Below are positions 29,192-38,661 of a stretch of 64,000 nucleotides of DNA, piece after piece. The translations under genes were made by a program, and so were the position numbers. The notes beneath the pieces were generated by a model that searched no databases, was not told the DNA's origin, and saw only the letters and a list, made by a program, of their open reading frames with translations. The stretch lies in assembly GCA_963702895.1 (NCBI GenBank), contig OY969767.1:1536001-1600000 (forward strand). Direction: 5' to 3'. Numbering within the stretch: the first letter of the stretch is position 1; each line of letters begins with the position of its first letter. The stretch is from an uncultured Elusimicrobia bacterium (GTDB lineage Bacteria > Elusimicrobiota > Elusimicrobia > 2-01-FULL-59-12).

Positions 29192-29546
29192 GGTCATTAT
29201 GGGTACCACGGGCTCCGCCCGTGGGGCTCCATTTCTCTCCTACCTGGGCCTGCCGGATAAGCCCCCGGTATTGGTCCCGGCGCGGGTCGGCACACAAAGT
29301 CACTTCGCATAAACCCCGTCAAAAACGGGGGATCGGGATCCTTTGCGCCAGACCGCAAAATCCCCCTCGCGTCACCCTCAAACCACCGCCCATCAGTGCT
29401 CTCGAAGCTGCTTCAAGCATGCCCCCGGATGCAAAAGTCTGCCGCCTTGAATTGGAGGGGTCAAGTTGCGATAATGCCTAAAGACAAGAAAGTGCGGGCC
29501 TCACCCGTAGAAATGTCAATCAATGAATGAAAAGGAGACACATGCC

Positions 29547-29972
29547 ATGCGAAACACAGTTATTGGATTAGCCGTCGTAGCCGCCCTGGCCGGGAACGTC
29601 ATGGGCGCTGATGTTGTCACCAAGAAAGTCGAGAAACTGATCCAGACCGTGCAGGAAGGATGCTCGGAAGAGTTGGGGACTTATTGTAAAGGAGTCACGC
29701 CCGGTGAAGGACGAGTTCTCGCTTGTTTGTATGCCTTTGAGGACAAGCTATCAAGCCGTTGCGAATACGCTCTTTATGACGTGGCCGCTCAGCTCCAGCA
29801 AGCCGTAGTGAAGCTCACCTACGTCGCCAATGAATGCAAAGAGGACCTCCAGAAATATTGCTCTGGTGTAGAACCTGGCCAGGGGCGGATTCTCGACTGC
29901 ATGAAGAAGAACGAGAAGAAGGTTTCTCAACGCTGCAACCAGGCCATCAAGGATACCGTTCCGAAATCCTAA
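29547..29972 (+). CDS. Exported cysteine-rich repeat protein (GLG1/Cys_rich_FGFR-like)
   Basis: Two C..(D/E)L..YC.GV.PG.GR...C......S.RC repeats; signal peptide; AAGGAG RBS. Confidence 0.82.
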   Translation: MRNTVIGLAVVAALAGNVMGADVVTKKVEKLIQTVQEGCSEELGTYCKGVTPGEGRVLACLYAFEDKLSSRCEYALYDVAAQLQQAVVKLTYVANECKEDLQKYCSGVEPGQGRILDCMKKNEKKVSQRCNQAIKDTVPKS

Positions 29973-29998
29973 TCGACTGGATTCCTAGTCTTTCATGA

Positions 29999-30039
29999 CC
30001 TGCAGGCCCCTTTCCCATCAATCAACGGGGGCCTGCAGG
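29999..30039. other. 12-bp-stem hairpin
   Basis: cctgcaggcccc...ggggcctgcagg. Confidence 0.5.
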
Positions 30040-30047
30040 GTGGTGTT

Positions 30048-30377
30048 ATGTCCTTGTTATCGCTCATGTTCCCCATTCTGGCAGCCTCAGAGGAATACGG
30101 CGCTGAGGATAACAGCTGGGAAGCTTCATTTTTCGGCGGAGGCCATTTCACGGGGCACGTCAAACTCGATTCCTCGACCGGCCATGATCAGCTCGAACTC
30201 ACCAATGGATCGTCCTTCGGCGTGACCGCAGGAAAGGACTTCGCCGAAGACAGCGCTCTGGAAGTGATGTGGACGCGCCAGAATTCCGAGATGCGCGCGC
30301 AAGGCGGCTCGGCAGCGCCAACTGATTTAGGGTCGCTTACGATTGACCGGTATCATTTCAGCAGTATCGGACTGTAG
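30048..30377 (+). pseudogene. Truncated outer-membrane beta-barrel protein
   Basis: WEASFFGGG...SFGVTAG...LEVMWTRQ strands; stops after about half an 8-stranded barrel. Confidence 0.55.
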
Positions 30378-30511
30378 GAGGAACGGCTTAGGTGTGACGC
30401 CGAAACACCAATCTTCCGTTGCCCGAGTACGGCAACGACTTCGGCTGGCTCTTCTCGTCGCCCTCGCCACCTTGAACTCTATAATTCCCGTCCCGGCCTC
30501 AACCGCTGATA

Positions 30512-31240
30512 TTACCGTTGGATCGTGACAGCTTCCTCGAGATGAAAATCCTGTAGTGTGCCTGCGGCCACGCCCACCGTTTGTCGCCTCAGGGTGGAAG
30601 CGGCCGCGCCCACCATGGCGCCAGTCGCTGCGCCACTGCCGCCGCCGGCGGCGGCGCCTATGGCAGATCCCGCCGCCGCGCCACGCGCGCCTTGCCTCAC
30701 CTTGCGATCACCCGCCCCTGAGAGAACCTCCGTTTTGATCGGCACGATATTTCCGCCGATGTTAAACCCCGTGAGCATGATTGCGATCGCCGATTGACCG
30801 ACCAATCCCTGCTGCCTCGAATCAGTCACCACCCCATAGACTTTGGTTCCCGCTGGAACCGCCACCTGATGGTTCACCACGATATTGGTTTCCAAAGTGG
30901 CGGTAAACTTGTGCCCACGACGATGTTTTGACGTCACATCAGCATCGAATTGAACGGTCAGGACTGTCCCCTGGGGGATGATCACGGATCCTTTTGGTGT
31001 TGCGGCGACTGGGACTGGTGCAGCTGCTAACGGGGCGGCCGCCTCCTTCTGAATGGACACTATTTCGTTGTCTTTAAAGAATCGTACTTCGCCTGCGGTG
31101 GTTTCAAACCGGACACCCTGCTCATTCATCAGCAGGATCTTTCCCTCTATCGATTTCCCGTCGCGAAGTTTTAGAGTATCGGCTGAAAGAGCCACCGTTA
31201 GAAACAGAAGCGTCAGTCCTTTCCAATAGGCTTGTCGCAT
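30512..31240 (-). CDS. Exported hypothetical protein with glycine-zipper segment
   Basis: ADTLKLRDGKSIEG N-domain, IPQGT/VPAGTKVYG, GAAAGSAIGAAAGG; GGAGG RBS. Confidence 0.75.
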   Translation of the reverse strand: MRQAYWKGLTLLFLTVALSADTLKLRDGKSIEGKILLMNEQGVRFETTAGEVRFFKDNEIVSIQKEAAAPLAAAPVPVAATPKGSVIIPQGTVLTVQFDADVTSKHRRGHKFTATLETNIVVNHQVAVPAGTKVYGVVTDSRQQGLVGQSAIAIMLTGFNIGGNIVPIKTEVLSGAGDRKVRQGARGAAAGSAIGAAAGGGSGAATGAMVGAAASTLRRQTVGVAAGTLQDFHLEEAVTIQR

Positions 31241-31365
31241 GCTTAGAATCCTCCTTTATCATCGATAAGATCGATCAACCCTCTTTCAACGACATCATGA
31301 AAAGACTCTCGCTCCTCAACCATGATGCTCATCATACTCGGTTAATAGCGCTTGTGTACCTTCCG

Positions 31366-32577
31366 TCATATTCGCGCTTTCTCAGGTGTCGATACCGGGA
31401 CCGTGAACGTGTAGAGCCAAACGGAAAAAGAATGCACCTGGTAGCGCGGGGCAAGGTCAAAGGCATACGAGATCGCGAGGGGCCGATTGTCCCAGATATT
31501 GAACTTCGTCAAGCGTAGCTCTAAGCCACCCGTGACGTGATAACGGGTCGAGATGTCCTCGTACCGGCTGGGTTCCCGGTAGGTTCCCCCGCGCAGCCGG
31601 AGCACGCGAGGAACCGCTTCCACCTCAAGGCCTGTGTGGAGCGTCGTGATGGTTTTCTGCCCTACCGGCTGCGAAGTCTGTGTAAGGAAGGCTTTGGCGC
31701 CGTTGGCGTCATCCGGGGACTCGTTAAAAATCCGCATATCAAAGGTCGCGATGGCGGGACGTGTCCGCCAAAGAGGAAACTTGTCCCACTCATAGGCGAT
31801 GCCTAAAGCCGTGGAACCAGCGACCAGGACGCCGCTTGGCACAATCAAATTCCCCACTTTCACAGGCCCGGTGCTCTCGGGCAGATCCTCCGTCGACGAG
31901 ACGGCGCCTCGATAGGCCGCTCCAAATCTCCAGTGGCCTCGCTGAGGATGCCATATGACTCCGGCTCCATATCCCACCCCTTCCAGCCCAAAGGACCGGG
32001 GATCGTGGGAGTCCTTGGGATGGACGCGAGCTCCAATGGGTGCGACCGAAACACCCACGGCGAGCTGATGCTCCATGAAACTGTAGCCGGTCGCGACGTT
32101 GCCGCTGAGGAGTTGCGCCTCCTGATCTTGAGGGAGGTCATTGGAGCCATAGACAGATAAAGACGCGACGCCGCCCAAACCAAAGTTTTTGTATTGACCC
32201 ATGAGACCCACATCCATGAGGGCATGGTCGCTGTAGACGAGGCTCGTTGATCCACTGTTATCCGTATCATCGTCGGTGGTGGTGAGGGTGGAGAGCACCA
32301 TGTCAAGTTCCCACGGACGCATAAAGGCCCGTGGACGATAAGCTACTGCAGCAGGGTTGTCGGGGATAGAAGCGTTTCCTTCGGCCAGACCGACAAAGGC
32401 GCCGCCCATCGCGATTTTACGCGTGGAGCCTGTCGCGACGGTACGTGTCAAGTCGAGGCGATACTGATTGTCTAGGATCGGGTCACCGGTGGCGGCAAAA
32501 ACAATCCCGCTGATTCCAATCATCAGAACCATCCTGATGACTGAACCAGCGGGGATGAACGTTTTCCTTGGTTGCAT
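31366..32577 (-). CDS. Putative FadL-like outer-membrane barrel
   Basis: RKIAMGGAFVGLAE....DNPAA hatch-like motif; beta-strand patterning. Confidence 0.65.
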   Translation of the reverse strand: MQPRKTFIPAGSVIRMVLMIGISGIVFAATGDPILDNQYRLDLTRTVATGSTRKIAMGGAFVGLAEGNASIPDNPAAVAYRPRAFMRPWELDMVLSTLTTTDDDTDNSGSTSLVYSDHALMDVGLMGQYKNFGLGGVASLSVYGSNDLPQDQEAQLLSGNVATGYSFMEHQLAVGVSVAPIGARVHPKDSHDPRSFGLEGVGYGAGVIWHPQRGHWRFGAAYRGAVSSTEDLPESTGPVKVGNLIVPSGVLVAGSTALGIAYEWDKFPLWRTRPAIATFDMRIFNESPDDANGAKAFLTQTSQPVGQKTITTLHTGLEVEAVPRVLRLRGGTYREPSRYEDISTRYHVTGGLELRLTKFNIWDNRPLAISYAFDLAPRYQVHSFSVWLYTFTVPVSTPEKARI

Positions 32578-32615
32578 GATGCCGATCCTAGGCGGCTGCC
32601 TAGGAACGGGCCGAT

Positions 32616-33203
32616 TTACTTCCCAGGTTTACTGACGTCAATGGCGACCGTGCGGGTGCGTTTGATCACGAGTTGGTCACCTTTTTTCACGTTCTCAAGA
32701 TTTTTCACATCGGGCGCGATGTCGATCGGAAAGGTTTTCCCATCGGGGCCTTTGAGGACGGCGGTCCTCTTTTTGGCATTGATTTTTTCGACCGTCGCCG
32801 TGACAATTTCCGTCTCGACTTTCGTGCCAGAAGGTTTTTGTCCTTTGTTACGGATGATGACACTTCCTGAGCTTTCGGCGGAGGAAATCGTGTCGCTCGG
32901 GGATTGCACCATGACCGCCACCGATTCCAGATAGTCAATTTTCACCTGATCGCCCTTCTTGACATCATTAAACCGGACAGCCTCGGGCCCGACTTCCATC
33001 GACACCGTTTGGCCATCCGTTCCTTTGAGGGTCATCATGCGGGTGGTGTAGTCTATGCTCTCGACAGTACCGGTATAATGGACCACTTCAGCTTCTACGA
33101 CGGCAGGCTTTGACACGTCTTTGGGTTGATCGGCAGCTGAGGCTATTCTAGGGGCGCTGAAGCTCATAACAACGGCGAAGCAAAATGCAGTGGATATTTT
33201 CAT
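32616..33203 (-). CDS. Exported hypothetical protein with duplicated OB-like repeat
   Basis: Two repeats TVE.I....R...LKG.DG......V.P.......VKKGDQ; AAGGAG RBS. Confidence 0.75.
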   Translation of the reverse strand: MKISTAFCFAVVMSFSAPRIASAADQPKDVSKPAVVEAEVVHYTGTVESIDYTTRMMTLKGTDGQTVSMEVGPEAVRFNDVKKGDQVKIDYLESVAVMVQSPSDTISSAESSGSVIIRNKGQKPSGTKVETEIVTATVEKINAKKRTAVLKGPDGKTFPIDIAPDVKNLENVKKGDQLVIKRTRTVAIDVSKPGK

Positions 33204-33311
33204 AACGATCTCCTTTAGGTCAATTCGGACGAACTGTCTTATGAGGTGATGGGAGTCCTGGAGACAGCCTTCTTGCAGGGCAACTGTACCAAAAATGCTA
33301 CAATCCGCGCA

Positions 33312-33857
33312 ATGAAACGGCTCCTTCCACTGACTACCGTCTGCTTCCTCTTGTCATCGGCCCTCGTGGAGGCGGAGGATCTGTCCAACCGTTTTGGTAT
33401 TGCAGGCATTGTGGGAGCCGCTTTCCCAGTGGCTCCGGACTACGTGACCTCGAACACCAGCAGTGTCGGGCTCGATATTGGCTTCGTGGGAAGTTTTTAT
33501 GTCAGCCCCTACATCGGCATGGGCCTGTCCTATGAAAGCATTCACCTGGGAGACGGACAGTGGGTGTCCCCCATCGATATCCTTTTTCTTTATCGCTTCC
33601 ACTCCGATAAAAACTGGACGCCCACGTTTCAATTTGGTGCGGGATCCGCCAAGGGCGTCAATTCCGATCGGATGGAAAACTTAAACTTCAAAACGGGCCT
33701 TGGCGTGGATTGGTTTGTGTCGCCTTCGGTGGCGGTCGGCCCGCAGATCAACTATTTCTTCATCTCCCACAGCGGCGACGCGTCGACCGAGGTGCATCTG
33801 GTCACCACCAATATACTCGTCTCCTATTACTTCGGTTCAACCTACTCCAAGAATTAA
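33312..33857 (+). CDS. Small outer-membrane beta-barrel protein
   Basis: Signal peptide, WTPTFQFGAG, GLGVDWF, terminal SYYF. Confidence 0.75.
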   Translation: MKRLLPLTTVCFLLSSALVEAEDLSNRFGIAGIVGAAFPVAPDYVTSNTSSVGLDIGFVGSFYVSPYIGMGLSYESIHLGDGQWVSPIDILFLYRFHSDKNWTPTFQFGAGSAKGVNSDRMENLNFKTGLGVDWFVSPSVAVGPQINYFFISHSGDASTEVHLVTTNILVSYYFGSTYSKN

Positions 33858-34164
33858 CCTCGAATCTTCTGTTGACGTCACCCCGGCGGATTGTTAGCCG
33901 GCCCTCCACACATCCGGCGGGCCGTCCGCCCTGCCGTGTGGCGGACGGGGTCTATTATCGACGTAAAAATATGATGGATCCGACACACTACGGTCGGACG
34001 CCTGTCGTCTGGCGTCCCCCCCCTTACCATCAGCCGATGCGTTACTGGCTGATGGCCATCGTCCTATAAAAATGGGATACGATAGCGGCCGGGGGGGATG
34101 ACGGCACTAAAAGGTGCGCCGGGTTGAGACGGAGAGAATTGGGCAAGTACAGGTTTCGGGCTAA
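33855..34164 (+). mobile_element. MITE-like element carrying three nested hairpin inserts
   Basis: Left end taacctcgaatcttctgttgac, REP core, right end tttcgggctaa; extra segments relative to the 12503, 48807 and 52505 copies. Confidence 0.65.
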
Positions 34165-34202
34165 CGACATGCCGGGATGACGGCCCAAATGAATCTTTGC
34201 GA

Positions 34203-35627
34203 CTAGATCGCTCGGAAAGCCCAGGAGAGAAACACCTTGATGCCGGAATTGGCCTGGTTGACCTCCGGCAGGTGGTCATAGAGCGTACGGCGCTCCTGGA
34301 AGGACCACCCCAGACCCGCGTACAAATCTTTCATCAAGGGATAGCGCGCTTCCGCGTCCACCAAGATGAGGCGGTTCTCGCTTGAGATCCCGTCGTTCGT
34401 GTTGAACCACCCAGCCGACATGGAGAGCTTAAACCAATCAACCTCGTGACGACGGATACGGACATCGATTTTAGGGCCACCACCACTACCAAAGTCATAG
34501 TTTCGACCTGTGGCGTTGATGCTATCTTCTTCATAGTCGACCTGGATTCCCGCGAAGATAAAACCCTGGGCGGAGAGTTCGGTCCGCAGATCAAATTCCT
34601 CGGGAAGCTTCCAGCGTGACAGGAGCGTCAGATTCAGGCCTTGCCCCCCCAACGCCGAGGCCGTGTTGTTGAAATAGTTATAGCTCAAGGTGGGCGCCAG
34701 CATATGGTGTACGTCACCATCATCCTTGAGTTCCCACCCAGCGAGCAACCCTCGGTAGGTCACATAGGGTAAGAGGGGTCCTTTGGCCAGAGACATCGTC
34801 CCTTCCAGGTCAAAGTAATCAAAGGGTTTTTTGATCTCCGTTTCGTGAGGGTCGTTTTGGCGCAAGATGAGCGAGAAATACCCTTGATCCGGATGGGCTG
34901 ACATTTCACGGCCATGCTGGTAGCCACCGTCCACCATCACAAAGAGCATGTTCGGAAACCGGTCGGGAGGATTGTCTTTCTTTTTCCACATATCACCAAA
35001 CACGAGCCGGTCCACGAACCCCACCGGGTTCACGATCCCCGCGCCGAACTCACGCCAAAATCGTTCAGCGCCGGTCGCTCGGTTATCGCGGATGACATTG
35101 GACAAACGATAAGTCATTTCGCCACGGCTCATACCCCCAAACAAGGTATTGACCATATCGTTATAAGAGGGGAGCTCCGATTCCATGAAGAACTCCCAGC
35201 CGAAATCGCCCACAAGGGTAAAGAGCGACGACTCCCAGAAGTTAAACCCATTTTCGCGGCCAGCGTTGAAATACAGGGATCCCTGAAAGGGGTGGCCCCA
35301 TTGGTTGGTTTGGAAACTGTCCTGATCGAAGACAAAGCCCTCCTCAAAGTTGCGCCGGACTGAGTCCATGGAAATGTCCGCGTAGTCCGCGTCGAGGACG
35401 TAGTGGCTATAGAGCCAGGGCGAATACCCGACCACAATCATTTCGGCAGTTGCGCGCCAAAACCGTTTTTGAACACGAGGGGCCGCCGCGGCTGCTTCGC
35501 TTGGCAATGTCGTCGTTGATAAGCTCGGGGAGTCCGGCGCGGCAGCGGGCGTGGGACTCTGCGCGTAAGCGTGTGCGATGAAGAACAGGAAAACGCTAGC
35601 CGCAAGCGGAACCGGATACCTTTTCAT
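34203..35627 (-). CDS. DUF3943-like outer-membrane protein, copy 1
   Basis: FVFDQDSFQTNQWGHPFQGSLYFNAGR.NG..FWES...WE.FME.E.PSYND; C-terminal barrel strands. Confidence 0.8.
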   Translation of the reverse strand: MKRYPVPLAASVFLFFIAHAYAQSPTPAAAPDSPSLSTTTLPSEAAAAAPRVQKRFWRATAEMIVVGYSPWLYSHYVLDADYADISMDSVRRNFEEGFVFDQDSFQTNQWGHPFQGSLYFNAGRENGFNFWESSLFTLVGDFGWEFFMESELPSYNDMVNTLFGGMSRGEMTYRLSNVIRDNRATGAERFWREFGAGIVNPVGFVDRLVFGDMWKKKDNPPDRFPNMLFVMVDGGYQHGREMSAHPDQGYFSLILRQNDPHETEIKKPFDYFDLEGTMSLAKGPLLPYVTYRGLLAGWELKDDGDVHHMLAPTLSYNYFNNTASALGGQGLNLTLLSRWKLPEEFDLRTELSAQGFIFAGIQVDYEEDSINATGRNYDFGSGGGPKIDVRIRRHEVDWFKLSMSAGWFNTNDGISSENRLILVDAEARYPLMKDLYAGLGWSFQERRTLYDHLPEVNQANSGIKVFLSWAFRAI

Positions 35628-35704
35628 AAAATAGCCTCTCTAGAAGTTAACCCAAAATCTTCCATTCACCAAGTCCTGCCGTCTGAGCCTGCAGCACTTT
35701 TTTA

Positions 35705-35870
35705 TCCCCTCTCCCGCCGCCAGGTGGGAGACCCGCGCTTCCGCAATTTCCTATAGCGCGCAGGTCCCACGGTCGTAAGTGGGAGGGTAAAGGGTGAGGG
35801 CACAGCCTCATCTTACGACGGAGCCTTGCCCTCACCCCCGCCCTCTCCCGCGTTCCGCGGGCGAGGGGGT
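35705..35870. repeat. CCCTCTCCC palindromic repeat, copy 2, with a twin-hairpin insert at 35732-35784
   Basis: cccctctcccgc..gtgggaga[...]gggtaaggggtgagggcacagcc...gccctcacccccgccctctcccgcgttccgcgggcgagggg. Confidence 0.6.
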
Positions 35871-35995
35871 TCCATAGAACCGAAGATTTTGAGTTAACGA
35901 TGCTCAACAACTTTTCAACATCGTATATTTTTGACACCCTACAGTTCCAGGCGAAAGACTCCCTATGAAAGTCCTCAGCTTGAGAGGACCTATCC

Positions 35996-37423
35996 TTATC
36001 CGATGATTCGGAAAGCCCAGGATAAGAAGGCTTTGATTCCGGAACTGGTTCGTGAGGTCGCGGGGAGGTCCTGATAATGCGTGTGGCGGTCCTGAAACGA
36101 CCACCCCAAGCCGACGAACAAGTCTTGGGTGATCGGGTAGCGGGCTTCCGTGTTGACAACAATGATCCGATTGTCCGATGAAATCCCATCATTGGTCTTG
36201 AACCATCCGGCCGAAAGTGAGCACCGGAACCAGTCAACGTCATGGCGGCGGATCCGGGCATCGAGGACCGGACCTCCACCAGAACCGAAATCATAATTGC
36301 GCCCCGTGGCAGCGATACTTTCCGCTTCGTAGTCGGTTTGGATCCCGGCAAAGATATAACCTAAAGCTCCCGCCTCTGTGCGAAGCTCAAAGTCCTTGGG
36401 AAGCATCCATCGGGAAAGGAGCGCCAGATCCAACCCCTGCCCCCCGAAGGCGGAATGACCGTTATCGAAGTAGTCAAAGGTCATCCCGGGCGAAAGCATA
36501 TGGTGGGCATCTGCATCCTCGAAGACATCCCAGCCGGCGACCAAGCCCCTGAAGGACGCGGCAGGAAGGGCTGGACCTTTCGCCGTACTGAGGGTGGCGT
36601 CGACGTGAAAATAATCAAATGGTTTTTGGATCGGCGTTTCATGGGGATCGTTTTGACGCATGGAGAACGAAAAATATCCCTGGTCTGGATGCGGCGTATT
36701 GCTTCTTCCATGTTGGTAACCACCGTCGACCGTCAGAAAAAGCTTGTTGGGAAACCGGTCCGGCGGGTTGTCTGCCTTTTTCCACATGTCCCCAAAGACC
36801 GCTCGGTCCGCAAATCCAACGGGGTTTAGGGCGCCGGCCACCACCTCACGCCAAAATCTGTCAAAACCCGTGGCGCGGTTGTCTCGGACCATTGTCGAAA
36901 GACGGTAGTTGATTTCCCCGTGACTGATACCGCCGAAAAAGGTGTTGGCCAGATCGTTGTAGGACGGTTGCTCGGCTTCCATGAAGAGTTCCCAGCCCAA
37001 ATCACCCACCAAGACGAAGGGAACGGATTCCCAGAACGTAAAGCCGTTTTCTCGGGCTGCGTTGAAATACATAGCCCCCTGATACGAATGGCCCCAGATA
37101 CTGGTTTGGAATTTGTCTTGGTCAAACACAAATCCCTCTTCAAAGTTATGGCGGACCGTATCCATGGAAATATCGGCGTAGTCCGCATCCAAGACGTAAT
37201 GGCTGTAGAGCCAAGGGGAATACCCGACCAGGATCATTTCACCGGTCGCCCGCCAGAACCGCTTTTGAACGACCGGGTCCACCGTGCCCCTTGCGCTTGG
37301 CGAAGTTGTCGTCGAAATAGTTGAAACGCTCGTCACATCAGGCAGTGAAGCGCTCTGCGCGTAAGCACTTGAACTGAGCAAGAGGCAGGCGCTGATCACT
37401 AAAAAAAGAGGGCGGATTTTCAT
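35996..37423 (-). CDS. DUF3943-like outer-membrane protein, copy 2
   Basis: Full-length paralog of 34203..35627. Confidence 0.8.
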   Translation of the reverse strand: MKIRPLFLVISACLLLSSSAYAQSASLPDVTSVSTISTTTSPSARGTVDPVVQKRFWRATGEMILVGYSPWLYSHYVLDADYADISMDTVRHNFEEGFVFDQDKFQTSIWGHSYQGAMYFNAARENGFTFWESVPFVLVGDLGWELFMEAEQPSYNDLANTFFGGISHGEINYRLSTMVRDNRATGFDRFWREVVAGALNPVGFADRAVFGDMWKKADNPPDRFPNKLFLTVDGGYQHGRSNTPHPDQGYFSFSMRQNDPHETPIQKPFDYFHVDATLSTAKGPALPAASFRGLVAGWDVFEDADAHHMLSPGMTFDYFDNGHSAFGGQGLDLALLSRWMLPKDFELRTEAGALGYIFAGIQTDYEAESIAATGRNYDFGSGGGPVLDARIRRHDVDWFRCSLSAGWFKTNDGISSDNRIIVVNTEARYPITQDLFVGLGWSFQDRHTHYQDLPATSRTSSGIKAFLSWAFRIIG

Positions 37424-37512
37424 GGGATTGATATCGCCGTGGAATATACTTCAGTGGCAATCGTGCACATAATATATTTTTCCACGTGTTCTGTGTTAGG
37501 ATTAATCGCTCT

Positions 37513-38403
37513 ATGAGATCCCTTGGGCTTCGTCGGATCCATCGGTGTGGCATAGCTTTTGCAATCGCCAGCGTTCTCCCCTGGCTGCCACGCCAGGCCC
37601 TTGGCTCTTCCCCCAGCAGCCTGGAAGAACGTATCGCGAAAGAAGAGCGCTTGAAGCAGGTGGGGTATTTTATCCTTCCTCACCGGCCCAATTATTTGAT
37701 GCCGCTCAGCTACAACCCCCACCCTAACAATGAACCTTTTGCGCCAGAGACGCAGCCGCTTGATGAAATTGAGACGAAGTTTCAAATCAGCGTCAAAGTC
37801 CCCTTAGCCGAGCGCCTCTTCACGGTGCCTATCCAGACCTATATCGCCTATACACAGGTGTCCTTCTGGCAAACCTACAACGACCAAAAATCTTCTTTAT
37901 TCCGGAACACGGACTACGAGCCGGAGTTCTTTTTTCAATCGAACGCGACATGGAAGATCTCGGGCCTCACCAACCGCTATAGCCGGCTTGGCTTTACCCA
38001 TCAATCCAATGGACAAGCCACCCCCATCTCCCGGAGTTGGAACCGGATTTATGCCGAATTTGTCCTGGATTACGGCCCCAGCATGATTTCCATCAAGCCT
38101 TGGTTCCGCATCATCGGACCCGCCGAAGAAGACACGAATCCTGACATGTGGAAGTATTATGGTTACGGCGAATTGCGGGGCGCGGTCAAAGTTTGGGGCA
38201 AGCAGGAGTTCTCTTTGCTTTTCCGCAACAACTTGGACTTCCATGACAATAAGGGGGCCGTCGAACTCGGATGGTCCTTCCCCTTGATTCGCAGCATGAA
38301 CGGTTTTGTTCAGTACTTCAACGGCTACGGCGAGTCCCTTCTGGATTACAACGTTCCGGTGAGCCGCGTGAGCGTGGGCGTGTCGTTTTCGGGTTGGCTC
38401 TAG
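37513..38403 (+). CDS. pldA: Outer-membrane phospholipase A (OMPLA)
   Basis: KFQISVK, YTQVSFWQ, FRNTDYEPE, catalytic HQSNG...SRSWNRIY, QYFNGYGESLLDYN. Confidence 0.93.
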   Translation: MRSLGLRRIHRCGIAFAIASVLPWLPRQALGSSPSSLEERIAKEERLKQVGYFILPHRPNYLMPLSYNPHPNNEPFAPETQPLDEIETKFQISVKVPLAERLFTVPIQTYIAYTQVSFWQTYNDQKSSLFRNTDYEPEFFFQSNATWKISGLTNRYSRLGFTHQSNGQATPISRSWNRIYAEFVLDYGPSMISIKPWFRIIGPAEEDTNPDMWKYYGYGELRGAVKVWGKQEFSLLFRNNLDFHDNKGAVELGWSFPLIRSMNGFVQYFNGYGESLLDYNVPVSRVSVGVSFSGWL

Positions 38404-38606
38404 CCGGGAATCCTCTGTTGGGTCGGTATTGTCGTCTGAGGTTAGTGGACTTTTTTGTGCCGTCATCCCGGCATGCCGTCAGCCGGGATCCATCATTTAC
38501 GTCGAAACGTGATAGACCCCGTCCGCCACACGGCAGGGCGGACGGTCCGCCGGAAGTCTGGAGGACCGGCTTTCGCCGGGGTGACATCAACAGATGATTC
38601 CGGGCT
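38401..38606 (-). mobile_element. MITE-like element (inverted copy) with a 47-bp twin-hairpin insert
   Basis: Terminal inverted repeats tagccgggaatcctctgttg / caacagatgattccgggct; REP core; insert at 38522-38568. Confidence 0.7.
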
Positions 38607-38661
38607 CGGATATCTGGTGCTAGGCACTATTGGCTAAAAAAGCAGGATGAGTGACAAGACG

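Noticed and set aside
10492..30377. Integron cassette array (long run of co-oriented genes)
   Set aside because: No convincing attC sites (RYYYAAC...GTTRRRY with paired boxes), no integrase, and many genes overlap as in operons
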